NCBI GenBank assembly: GCA_937906475.1
Contig: CALCZA010000054.1
Span: 29,810 to 93,809 of the forward strand
Reading direction: 5' to 3'
DNA length: 64,000 nt
DNA from: an uncultured bacterium
GTDB lineage: Bacteria > Planctomycetota > UBA1135 > UBA2386
In this document: piece after piece, positions 10,473 through 19,400 of the stretch
How positions within the stretch are numbered: the first letter of the stretch is position 1
Layout: each line of letters opens with the position of its first letter
The notes under the pieces: model-generated
The model's input: the letters and a program-made list of their open reading frames with translations, nothing else
Database searches by the model: none
What the model was told of the DNA's origin: nothing
Position numbers and translations under genes: made by a program

Positions 10473-11726
10473 TTACTTTGAGTCGCTCATCGCTGCGACC
10501 CAATGTGCCGCGCGATCGTGATGCGGCAGTGCCGCCAGGTCGGTGCGAAGTTGGCGTAGCTTTTCGGCTAGCACTGCCAGCGCTGGGTTGTGCTCGTCTC
10601 GGGTCTGTGTTGCGGAGACGTCGAAGCAGAGTCCCTGGCACGTTGTGGCGGTTGCATCGATTACGACATCGCTATTGGTTAGCGCTACGAACTCACGTTC
10701 GATGGCCTCGTCGATGGTGCCGGTCTCGCTAGTCGTCACGGTCGCGATCACCGTCAACGAACCTCCGTGTTCGCATTCTATCGTGCTGGCGAGCACGTTT
10801 TTGGCGAGCAGGATGGCCTTCGCGTCGAGTCCTGGTTGGATCCACGATCCCGAAGGAGCGCTCGAACGGCTCCGCGCCCGCGTCAATGCGGTTAGCGAAT
10901 CGATTAGCAGGATGACGTCGTGGCCTTGCTCGACCTGACGCATGCAGCGTTGCCACGCGAGTTCCGCCACTATGACGTGGCGTTCTGGTGGCGCTGCGAA
11001 GGCTGTGCTGACCAGGCACGTGCCCGAAGCGGTGAGGCCCGAAGCGATCATGTCCCGAGCGGTGACGATGTCTTCCGGCCTCTGGTCTAGCAAGCAAACA
11101 GTGATGTCTGCATCTGCGTGCTGCTCCTGCAAAGAGCAGGCTAGCGTCGTAAGAAAACGTGCGCGCGGCCACCTCGCTGGAGCATGCACCAGCATGCGGC
11201 TGCCGAATGACATTGGTGCGAGCGTCTGCATCGCGTGCAACATGAGTTGCGTGTCATCATTGGCTGTCGGTTGGACGTCGGTGAACAGCAGCGGCCGGCT
11301 GGTCGCGATCGCCGTGCGACTTCTGAATCCCGTCACGCTCATCAATTGCTCGGGTGGCGTGTCTTGCACGAGGTCGACATGCACCAGGGCAAGCGTGTGT
11401 TCGTTACTGCGCGGGATACAAAGTTCGCCGCGGATGCGATGACCCGATTGCAGGTTGAGGCTGCGCACCTGGTTGGCGCTGACGTAGGCGTCTACGGCTG
11501 TGATTTGGAAATCGAGCGCCACTATGCGGATGAATCCAAAGCCATCTGGCAGAACATCTAGCACACCATCCGCGGTGACCGTCTCGCCGTTCTCCATCAT
11601 GTTGGTGGCGATGGCTTGCACCAGTTCGTCGTGCTGCAAGTGGGGTCGCAAGCCGATGCTGCGCTCGGTTGCCGTGGTCAGCAATTGCTCACGGGTGAGA
11701 TCAAGCAGGTCGGTGAGCGAGGTCAT
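10473..11726 (-). CDS. Rho transcription-termination factor homologue with degenerate ATPase motifs
   Basis: Colinear with Rho: DGVLDVLPDGFGFIR, DAYVSANQVR, LLDQRPED, DVILLIDSLT, GGSLTVIAT; Walker A is replaced by APARWPRA. Confidence 0.88.
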   Translation of the reverse strand: MTSLTDLLDLTREQLLTTATERSIGLRPHLQHDELVQAIATNMMENGETVTADGVLDVLPDGFGFIRIVALDFQITAVDAYVSANQVRSLNLQSGHRIRGELCIPRSNEHTLALVHVDLVQDTPPEQLMSVTGFRSRTAIATSRPLLFTDVQPTANDDTQLMLHAMQTLAPMSFGSRMLVHAPARWPRARFLTTLACSLQEQHADADITVCLLDQRPEDIVTARDMIASGLTASGTCLVSTAFAAPPERHVIVAELAWQRCMRQVEQGHDVILLIDSLTALTRARSRSSAPSGSWIQPGLDAKAILLAKNVLASTIECEHGGSLTVIATVTTSETGTIDEAIEREFVALTNSDVVIDATATTCQGLCFDVSATQTRDEHNPALAVLAEKLRQLRTDLAALPHHDRAAHWVAAMSDSK

Positions 11727-12367
11727 GCGCTGGGGTCTAGTTGCAGAAGAAGGTCGTCGACTGCTTGTTCGGTTGCCGACAGGTCGCCGTTGTTGTCGAT
11801 TATGTACTGCGAGCGGGCTCGCTTGTCAGCGAGCGGAAGTTGGTTCTGTTCTCGTCGTATCAGTTCGTCGTCGGCCCAGCCGCGGCTGCGAGCACGCTCG
11901 GCGCGGGCTTCGTCGCTGGCCTCGACGAACACGACCGTGTCGCAGATTTCGAATAGTCCCGCCTCGAACAGCAGTGGCACGTCGAGCAGCGCCGAGTCGC
12001 CCCGCTGCCGGGCGGAGTCTAGCGCGGTTGTGATCCGTTGGCGCACCCTCGGATGCATGATCGCCTCCAGTCGCGCCTTCGCTTCGGGCACCCGAAAAAC
12101 GTGATCTCCGAGTGCTGCCCGGTCGAGTTGGCCACCCTGGACGAACCGGTCGCCAAGCTGCGCGGCCACTTCCGCGAGCGCCTGAGGGTCCTCGGCGACC
12201 GCTTTCGCATGGAAATCCGCATCTACATGAAGGAATCCGCGGGCGCCAAATAGGCCCGCGACCTTCGATTTTCCGGCCGCGATGCCGCCCACCAGTCCGA
12301 CGACTAGAGGGGGTTGGGGTCGAAAAGGGCCATTTGGGCCCGGATTCCCGGTAGGGGGTGCCGGCAT
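11723..12367 (-). CDS. coaE: Dephospho-CoA kinase
   Basis: VGLVGGIAAGKS, DAD, LEAIMHPRV, DVPLLFE, IDNNG. Confidence 0.95.
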   Translation of the reverse strand: MPAPPTGNPGPNGPFRPQPPLVVGLVGGIAAGKSKVAGLFGARGFLHVDADFHAKAVAEDPQALAEVAAQLGDRFVQGGQLDRAALGDHVFRVPEAKARLEAIMHPRVRQRITTALDSARQRGDSALLDVPLLFEAGLFEICDTVVFVEASDEARAERARSRGWADDELIRREQNQLPLADKRARSQYIIDNNGDLSATEQAVDDLLLQLDPSA

Positions 12368-12421
12368 GGGGTCATCGTGGCGGAGAGTTCTCGGCTAGGC
12401 AAGTCAGCCGTATACGCGACC

Positions 12422-12449
12422 TTGACCGGGGCCGTCCGAAACCTAAGAT
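12422..12449 (+). promoter_or_regulatory. Candidate sigma70 promoter for the 12620 gene
   Basis: TTGACC-N16-TAAGAT in the divergent intergenic region. Confidence 0.4.
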
Positions 12450-12619
12450 CTGCGGACCCCCTGTGGTGGCTCGTGCCCTCGTGTCACTAGCCCTACGCTT
12501 TCGAGTCCGACTTAGAAAGCCCCTCATCCTCCCCGACGCTTCGTCCCTGCGGTTTCTGTTCGCCTTCCCAGGCCTAGCAGAACAGCGCACACAGCACAGA
12601 CCCCTTGGAGTTGGTTCAG

Positions 12620-13891
12620 ATGCACAATCGCCAGACCGGTGCCGCCCACGTCCCGATCATGTTCTTCCTTATCCTCCTGGTCATGTTCCTGGGGGCCCTC
12701 GGGTTTGCCTATGTGCAACAGACCGAGAATGCAGAAGTCGTGAAGGCTAAGCGCGTGGCCGTTGAAGAAGCCCGCCTGCTGAAGCAGAAGGAACTGCTGA
12801 TCACGCACTACATCGAAGACTGGGGCAAGGTCATCAACAAGCCCGGCAAGTATGTCGGTCGCCCCGGTTCGGCCAAGCTCTACGGCGATGCCACGCTGCA
12901 ATACGACGGCTTGATGAACCCAGACGAGATCAAGGAAGTCATCGACCAGGCCGTCACCAACGCTCAGGTGTCAGTTGCCAGTTCGTTGGAGGGCTTGCTT
13001 GGTTCGTTGATCACGAAACTCAACACGCAAAGCCAGCGCATCGCGGACGTCACGCTCGAGAAGGACAAGGCGCTTTCGGACAAGGAGTCCGGCGACAGCC
13101 GCTTTACGACCGTCTCGAACGATGCCCAGAAGACCGCCGCCGAAACGTCGACCAACCTCGGCCAAGCGGTTGCGGACTTCGATTCGGCCAAGTCCGATCG
13201 TGACCGCCGCATCACCGCGCTTCAGGAAAACCTGAAGTCGAAGGACGATGAGTTGACCACCTACAAGGAAGACGCACTTGTCCGCGAGAAGGCGTTCAAC
13301 GGCCGCATCGGCCTGCTGCAAACCCAGCTCTCGGCCATGTCCGAGAAGATGGCGATGCGTCAGCCGCCGAACGTTGCCGACGGCAAGGTTCTGGTTGCCA
13401 AGAACGGCATCCCGACCGCGTTCATCAACTTGGGCCGCAAGGACATGTTGCAGCCGGGCACCGTGTTCCGCATGAGGGCCGCCAGCGGTGGTCCGGTGAA
13501 GGGTTACTGCGAAGTCACCCGCATCGAAGACGAGCGCGCCGAAGTGCGCCTCTACAACTTCAGCGATCCGGTCGCGAACTACGCGACCGAAGGCGACCTG
13601 CTGTTCAACGACCTCTACACGCCGCGCGTCACCCGCACGATGTTCTTGATGGGTCGCTTCAGCGCCCCATACCAAAAGGATCAGGTCACGAACCTGCTCC
13701 GTCGTCTCGGCAACCGCGTCGTGACCAAGATGGGCCCCGGTGTTGACACCGTGCTACTCGGCAACAACCCGGTCAACGAAGCTGGTGACGGCTTCGCTTC
13801 GGTCCAGGACAGCCCCGCGTTCAAGCTGGCCAACGAACTGCGGGTCGAGTTCACCTACCTGTCGAAGATTGCGGACCTGATCAAGCTGTAG
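12620..13891 (+). CDS. Membrane-anchored coiled-coil protein with a C-terminal BRCT-like domain
   Basis: N-terminal TM, long coiled coil, AFINLGRKDMLQPGTVF beta domain, then FLMGRF...LLRRLGNRVVTKMGPGVDTVLLG; codon bias typical of highly expressed genes. Confidence 0.75.
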   Translation: MHNRQTGAAHVPIMFFLILLVMFLGALGFAYVQQTENAEVVKAKRVAVEEARLLKQKELLITHYIEDWGKVINKPGKYVGRPGSAKLYGDATLQYDGLMNPDEIKEVIDQAVTNAQVSVASSLEGLLGSLITKLNTQSQRIADVTLEKDKALSDKESGDSRFTTVSNDAQKTAAETSTNLGQAVADFDSAKSDRDRRITALQENLKSKDDELTTYKEDALVREKAFNGRIGLLQTQLSAMSEKMAMRQPPNVADGKVLVAKNGIPTAFINLGRKDMLQPGTVFRMRAASGGPVKGYCEVTRIEDERAEVRLYNFSDPVANYATEGDLLFNDLYTPRVTRTMFLMGRFSAPYQKDQVTNLLRRLGNRVVTKMGPGVDTVLLGNNPVNEAGDGFASVQDSPAFKLANELRVEFTYLSKIADLIKL

Positions 13892-13978
13892 AACTGCGCT
13901 CTCCAGCCTCGTCTTGGTTGTTTGCTGAAGTCAGCGGGCGCTAGGACGGGATAACTGGCAGCTACGACAACCAAGATT

Positions 13979-14003
13979 GGCGACCCTTTGGGTCGCCGTT
14001 TTT
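13979..14003 (+). terminator. Intrinsic terminator
   Basis: ggcgaccc-ttt-gggtcgcc followed by gttttt. Confidence 0.75.
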
Positions 14004-14126
14004 GGTTTTGGGGCGGTAGTACGGTGCCAGGACCAGAGGCAACCTCTTCGCGGTGTGGCGGTGACAGAGTTCTTCTCGGAAGAAAGGAAAACGTGGGGGA
14101 CTGAGCGTCGTTAGACTGCCGATCCG

Positions 14127-15089
14127 ATGGTGCAGCTAGACGACCCGATGATTGGCGAGGCGCTCGACGACGGTGCTCCGTTGCCGCGGATGTCGTTTGG
14201 TGATCACCTTGATGAACTGCGTAAGCGCGTCATCAGGTCCCTGATTGCGATCGTGGTCGCGGTGTGCGCGGTGTTCCCGTTCAAGACCCAAGTGCAGGGC
14301 ATTGTGATCGAGCCATACCGGACGCAGTGGCGCATCGGGTTTACGGAATACGTCACCAATCTGCAGGCAGAGAAAGATTCTGGAGCTCTGGAGGGCGATG
14401 AACTCGGGCTGAAGTATCTGGAGTTCTGCGTCACCGAGAAGGACAAGATCTTCGAAGGCGGCTTCCGTTGGTCGTACTCGATGAAGCAACACACCGGCTA
14501 CCCGGTGCCATACAACCTGTATGCGACGGGCGGGCTTGAAGACTTCCTGTCGTTCATGTGGGTGGCGTTCACGTTTGCGCTGATTCTCGCGAGCCCCGTG
14601 GTGATCTGGCAGATTTGGTCCTTCATTGCGGCAGGGCTCTACAAACATGAGCGCAAGGTATTCCTGCGCTACTTCCCGTTCATGATCCTGCTGGTGGCGG
14701 CAGGGGTGGGGTTTGGCTATCGCTTTGCGTTGCCCTACAGCCTCGGGTTCTTGATCGGCATGATGGATCCGACCATGGTTGGCGCGCTGTTCAGCGTCAG
14801 CCAGTTCTTGTCGCTGTTGTTCATGACGACGGCGGCGATGGGCGTGGTCTTTCAAGTGCCACTCGTAATGCTCGCCTTGCAGAAGGTCGGCTTGGTGCGG
14901 CATAAGGCATTCATCAAGCACTGGCGCATGACGATCCTGATCATGTTCATGGTCTCAGCGATCTTTACGCCGCCCGAGCCTGTCTCGATGTTGATGATGT
15001 CGACGCCGATGATGCTGCTCTACGGCCTCGGGCTGGTTCTGACTGGTATGGGCCAGAAGAACGAAGCACCGCTGCCGGAGGTCAAGTGA
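14127..15089 (+). CDS. tatC: Twin-arginine translocase subunit TatC
   Basis: MSFGDHLDELRKR, QIWSFIAAGLYKHER, FQVP, TPPE. Confidence 0.95.
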   Translation: MVQLDDPMIGEALDDGAPLPRMSFGDHLDELRKRVIRSLIAIVVAVCAVFPFKTQVQGIVIEPYRTQWRIGFTEYVTNLQAEKDSGALEGDELGLKYLEFCVTEKDKIFEGGFRWSYSMKQHTGYPVPYNLYATGGLEDFLSFMWVAFTFALILASPVVIWQIWSFIAAGLYKHERKVFLRYFPFMILLVAAGVGFGYRFALPYSLGFLIGMMDPTMVGALFSVSQFLSLLFMTTAAMGVVFQVPLVMLALQKVGLVRHKAFIKHWRMTILIMFMVSAIFTPPEPVSMLMMSTPMMLLYGLGLVLTGMGQKNEAPLPEVK

Positions 15090-16342
15090 CCAGGGGCACG
15101 CTCCGCGCCGAGATCATTTCGATTGGCGATGAGCTTGTGCATGCCGGCTTGGTCGACACCAATAGTTCCTACATCTCCCAGCAACTCGGGGCACTTGGAG
15201 TGGCGGTGCAGCGCTTCACTGTGGTCGGGGATGGTCCCGACGATCTGCAAGATGCGATCGCTGGCGCCTGCCGCCGCGCCGATGTTGTGATCGCTAGCGG
15301 CGGCCTTGGCCCGACGCTGGATGACCGCACGCGCGAAGTAGTGGCGAAGGTGCTGCAAGAACCGCTGCGCTTCGACGATGACAGTTGGCAGCAGGTTCTC
15401 GCCTGGTTTGCCCGTCACATTCGCACGGTGCCCGATAGCAACCGCCGCCAGGCTGAATTGCCGCAGTCGGCGACTGCGTTGGCGAACTCCGTCGGCACGG
15501 CGCCAGGGTTTCGGGTGACAGTGCACGGCGCGGAACTGTTTGTATTGCCGGGAGTGCCGCGAGAGATGAAGGTCCTGCTCGCCGATCACGTGCTTCCTGC
15601 ACTCCAGCATCTCGGTGCTTTGCAGCCGACGGCGCAGGCATGCTTGCGTGTAATGGGGCCGTCCGAAGCGTTGCTCGGCGAACGTTTGGGCGAGTTCATG
15701 TTGCCCGGCCGGAACCCGGCCGTTGGCATTACCGCATCCGGCGGCATGTTGTCGGTGCGCTTGGTGGGCACCGCCGATAGCGAAGCAGCTGCCGCTACCT
15801 TGTGTGAACAGACCGCCGCCGAGTTGCGCCCCATGCTAGGCGAGTGGTTGTTCGCCGAAGGTCTCAAGGAAGTTCCCGAACTGGTGCTTGAGCGGTTGGT
15901 CGGGCAGCAACGCACGATTGCGTTTGCCGAGTCCTGCACCGGCGGACTGTGTGCGGCTCGCCTGACAGATCTACCAGGTTCTTCGCAGGCTTTTCAGGGT
16001 GGCGTGGTCGCCTACAGCAACGCCGCCAAACTGGAACTTCTGGGCGTGCCCAAGGCCCTGCTCGAAGAGCATGGTGCCGTTAGTGAGCCGGTCGCAGCAG
16101 CGATGGCTGCGGGCGCCAGAGAGCGCTTCTCTGCGGACTGTGCCATTGCGACCACCGGGATCGCTGGCCCGGCGGGCGGCACGGACGATAAACCAGTCGG
16201 AACCGTTTGCTTCGCGCTCGCGACTGCGGATGACTCCGGTTCTACCGATAGCAAGGCTTGGACGGTGCGCATTCCGGATCTCGGTCGCCTGTCCGTTCGC
16301 AATCGAGCCGTTTACGAAGTGTGGCGAACTCTGCTTCTGTGA
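15086..16342 (+). CDS. cinA: CinA (MoCF-biosynthesis-like domain plus PncC NMN deamidase)
   Basis: IGDEL..DTN, GGLGPTLDDRT, GTAPG, LPGVPREM, AESCTGG, TGIAGP. Confidence 0.95.
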   Translation: MTRGTLRAEIISIGDELVHAGLVDTNSSYISQQLGALGVAVQRFTVVGDGPDDLQDAIAGACRRADVVIASGGLGPTLDDRTREVVAKVLQEPLRFDDDSWQQVLAWFARHIRTVPDSNRRQAELPQSATALANSVGTAPGFRVTVHGAELFVLPGVPREMKVLLADHVLPALQHLGALQPTAQACLRVMGPSEALLGERLGEFMLPGRNPAVGITASGGMLSVRLVGTADSEAAAATLCEQTAAELRPMLGEWLFAEGLKEVPELVLERLVGQQRTIAFAESCTGGLCAARLTDLPGSSQAFQGGVVAYSNAAKLELLGVPKALLEEHGAVSEPVAAAMAAGARERFSADCAIATTGIAGPAGGTDDKPVGTVCFALATADDSGSTDSKAWTVRIPDLGRLSVRNRAVYEVWRTLLL

Positions 16343-16406
16343 GAGCTTGCCCGGGATCCGCGTATGATGTTACTACCGCGGCTAGTCCTGGCTCGCGATC
16401 GAACAC

Positions 16407-19400
16407 GTGAAGATCTGCCTGTCATGTGAGGGTGTGACCGATACGCAAGCCCACCGTTGTGGGTATTGCGATGCGCCGCTGCTGTCTACCGATTCGGTGC
16501 ACTACCCCGCGCGTCGTGGCGAGCTGGATGCTGGCAATCCGCTGCTTGGCACCGTCATCGATGGCAAATATCGACTGCAGTCCGTTCTCGGTCGTGGCGG
16601 CCTGGGCACGGTGTTTCGTGCCCAGCACATTGGTTCGCTGGTGACGGTCGCCTTGAAGCTGCTGCACCCACGATTCTCCGAGAAGCCCGAATACCGTCGC
16701 TCGTTGCTACCGGAGGCCAGGCGAGCGGCCACCGTCGTGCACGAACACTGCGCGCGTTTGCTCGATGTTGGCGAGGGGGATGAGGGCGTTACATACTTGG
16801 CGATGGAACTGGTCGAGGGCCAGACGCTTGATGAAGTGCTGCAGCAAGGCGCGCTTGCACCTTCGCACGTGGTGGATCTGCTGCTGCAGGTGACGGCCGC
16901 ACTCAGTGCGGTTCACGAAGTTGGCCTGGTGCACTGTGATCTATCCCCGCGCAATGTGATGGTTTCTTCGCGGTCGGGACGCCTTGAAGCCAAGGTGCTC
17001 GACTTCGGTATCGCGCGCAGCATGACCCTCGCTGGCCGCCAGCATGCTCAAGGAGAATTGTGGGGCTTCGCGAACCCGGCCTTTTCCGCGCCGGAACTCT
17101 TGGTTGGAGGCGAGGTCGATCCCCGCGCTGACCTCTACTCGTTGGGCACGCTCGGCTGGCTGATGCTGACCGGCACCATGCCCGTCGATGACACCGATGC
17201 CGAACGTGCTGCAACGGCTGTTCGCGAGGGGTCGTTGTCGTCGTGGCCTTCGGGCACTCGCGTGCCGAAACGTCTGGCGAACTTGGTGCAGCGCTGTCTG
17301 CGATATGAGCCAGAGGAGCGGCCGGCATCCGCCGAGGATGTGCACCGTCAGTTGCAGGCCGTGCGCGCGAAGCGCGGTCCTGGATTCGCTCGACTCGCGG
17401 CGTTCGTCGGAGGCGTTGCATTGATTGTGACGTTGGCAGTCAGCGATGCACCTTCGCCATCGTTCTCGGGGCTGCCTTCCGCACCGTTGCAGCTAACGGA
17501 TCAAGAACTGACCGAGAACATTCGGACCCAGCACCTGCGTCCGCAGGATCTGACCAACATCGTTTGTTACTACTCTGGCTTCGCGAGGCATCGCTTGCGC
17601 GCGGCGCTCGCCCGCAGCGGCACGGTGCTGGCGTCCTTCGATCTGCAGCCGCCGGTTGGCAAGTCGGCGGGAACGCTATTGTTGACCGACGCGCAGCCTG
17701 GCTGGCACAACGTCGTCGAGAGCCTGTTGCGCGCCAGCAAGAAGGGGCCTGTTGAGCTCGTGCTCGTTGTGCCGGGAACGTCGTTGGTTCGTGCTGCACG
17801 CGTGCGAGTCGATGAGCAGCCGCCGACGGTCAGTGGCCAGCTTGGCACGCCCGATCGTGGTTTGTGCGCCGATACGCAGCTCGAGTTCGATTTGGCGGAT
17901 GACATCGCGGTCACGAGGGCGGAGTTGCTCGTTACGTTTGATAGCGGCGACGAGCATCGTTTGCAGTTGCCGACCAGGTCGGGTTCGTTCGCGCTTGGTG
18001 CGGCGCTGGCTCCGGTTGTGTCGAGTGGTGAGCAGTTGCAGGGTGGTTCGTTGGTGATTACCGCATCCGATGCCGCGGGCAACGTGCGCCAATCCCAACG
18101 GCTGACGTTTGCGTCGGCGGATGTGCGCGTTCCGCATGTCTTGGACATCACTGGTCCGGATGGGCAGCGCAGTCTGGCTCGTCACGGCGATCGATTGCGC
18201 CTGCGGGTGCAGTTGTCGAGTGGCGAGCCAGACTGCTCGTTGCGGTGCTGGACAACGGATCCCGAGCAGGCCGTCATCAAACAGTTGCCGGAGGAGTCTA
18301 GTAGTTCGCCAGTTTGGTATACGTTAGACATGCCCGTCGGCTCGCTGGTCGGCACCTCGAACGATATTTCCCTGCACTTGGCCGTGGTCGATGCAGTTGG
18401 CAATCTCGAAGAGCGCGAGTTTGCGACGACGGTCATCAACCGCAGCCCGGAAATCGAGATTCAGACCGTGGCACGCCCAGGCGCAGGCCCAAGTCTGTGG
18501 ACCGGCACTGAGTTGGTGATTGGCCCGACCGGTGGCGTTGTCAGTGTTCTAGCACCGTTTCCTTATGGCGTCGTTGCGACGCGCCTGAAGCGATCTGGGC
18601 AGCCGATCGATCCGTCGTCGATCATCGTCATCAAGCGACCGCTCCATGCGGAATTGCAGATCGCGGCCTTGTCAGAAGGATCTTACGAGTTGTTCGTGGA
18701 TCTTGCCGAAGCGGCCGACGAACAGCTCGAGCCGCTCGTGCGGTCGATTGCGCTGCGAGTGTTGCCTACGCAAATCCAGGTAGGCCTGCCATCGAGTTCG
18801 GGTCGCTACCTGAAGCAGGTCGTTGAAGATGGCGTTCTCGAGAAGAGCGGCGATGGCTACCGCGAAGGGCGCGGTTGGCGAATAGATAGCAGCCTACGCA
18901 GGTATGTCGCTGGGGACGTGTGGATCGGCGAGTTCGCGTCAGAGATTCCGCTCGCAAGTGGTGGCTTGTTGCCAGATGTGGTGCCGGTGCGTGGCCGCAA
19001 CGTTCTGGCGGTGCGTCTTCATGACGTGCTCGGCAGACCGGTAAGTCTCGTCGATGAGTCCGGTGCCGAAGTCGCGAGTCGTCGAGGCCGGCAGATCGTT
19101 GCGGACTTCTGGTGGAGTGACGCAGATCCCCAACTGATCCGTGAGTTGCTGTTGGAGCATGGCCAGCGTGCGCGCGTGAGCTTGCGCATGCCGTTGCCGT
19201 TCTTGGCAGAGGAGCAGGACGCGATGCTCTTGATCCTGCCCAACGGCGTCGAGGTTCAGGGCAAGGTGAAACCCGATGCCTCGCGCTCGGTTGTGTCGTT
19301 CGATTTGCAGTTTTCTGATTGGAGTGCGGCGGCACGACTATCTGGTGAGTCGCGCGAGGCCTTTGCGGTGGGACTGACCAGCACTATCCGAGCGCTGCTG

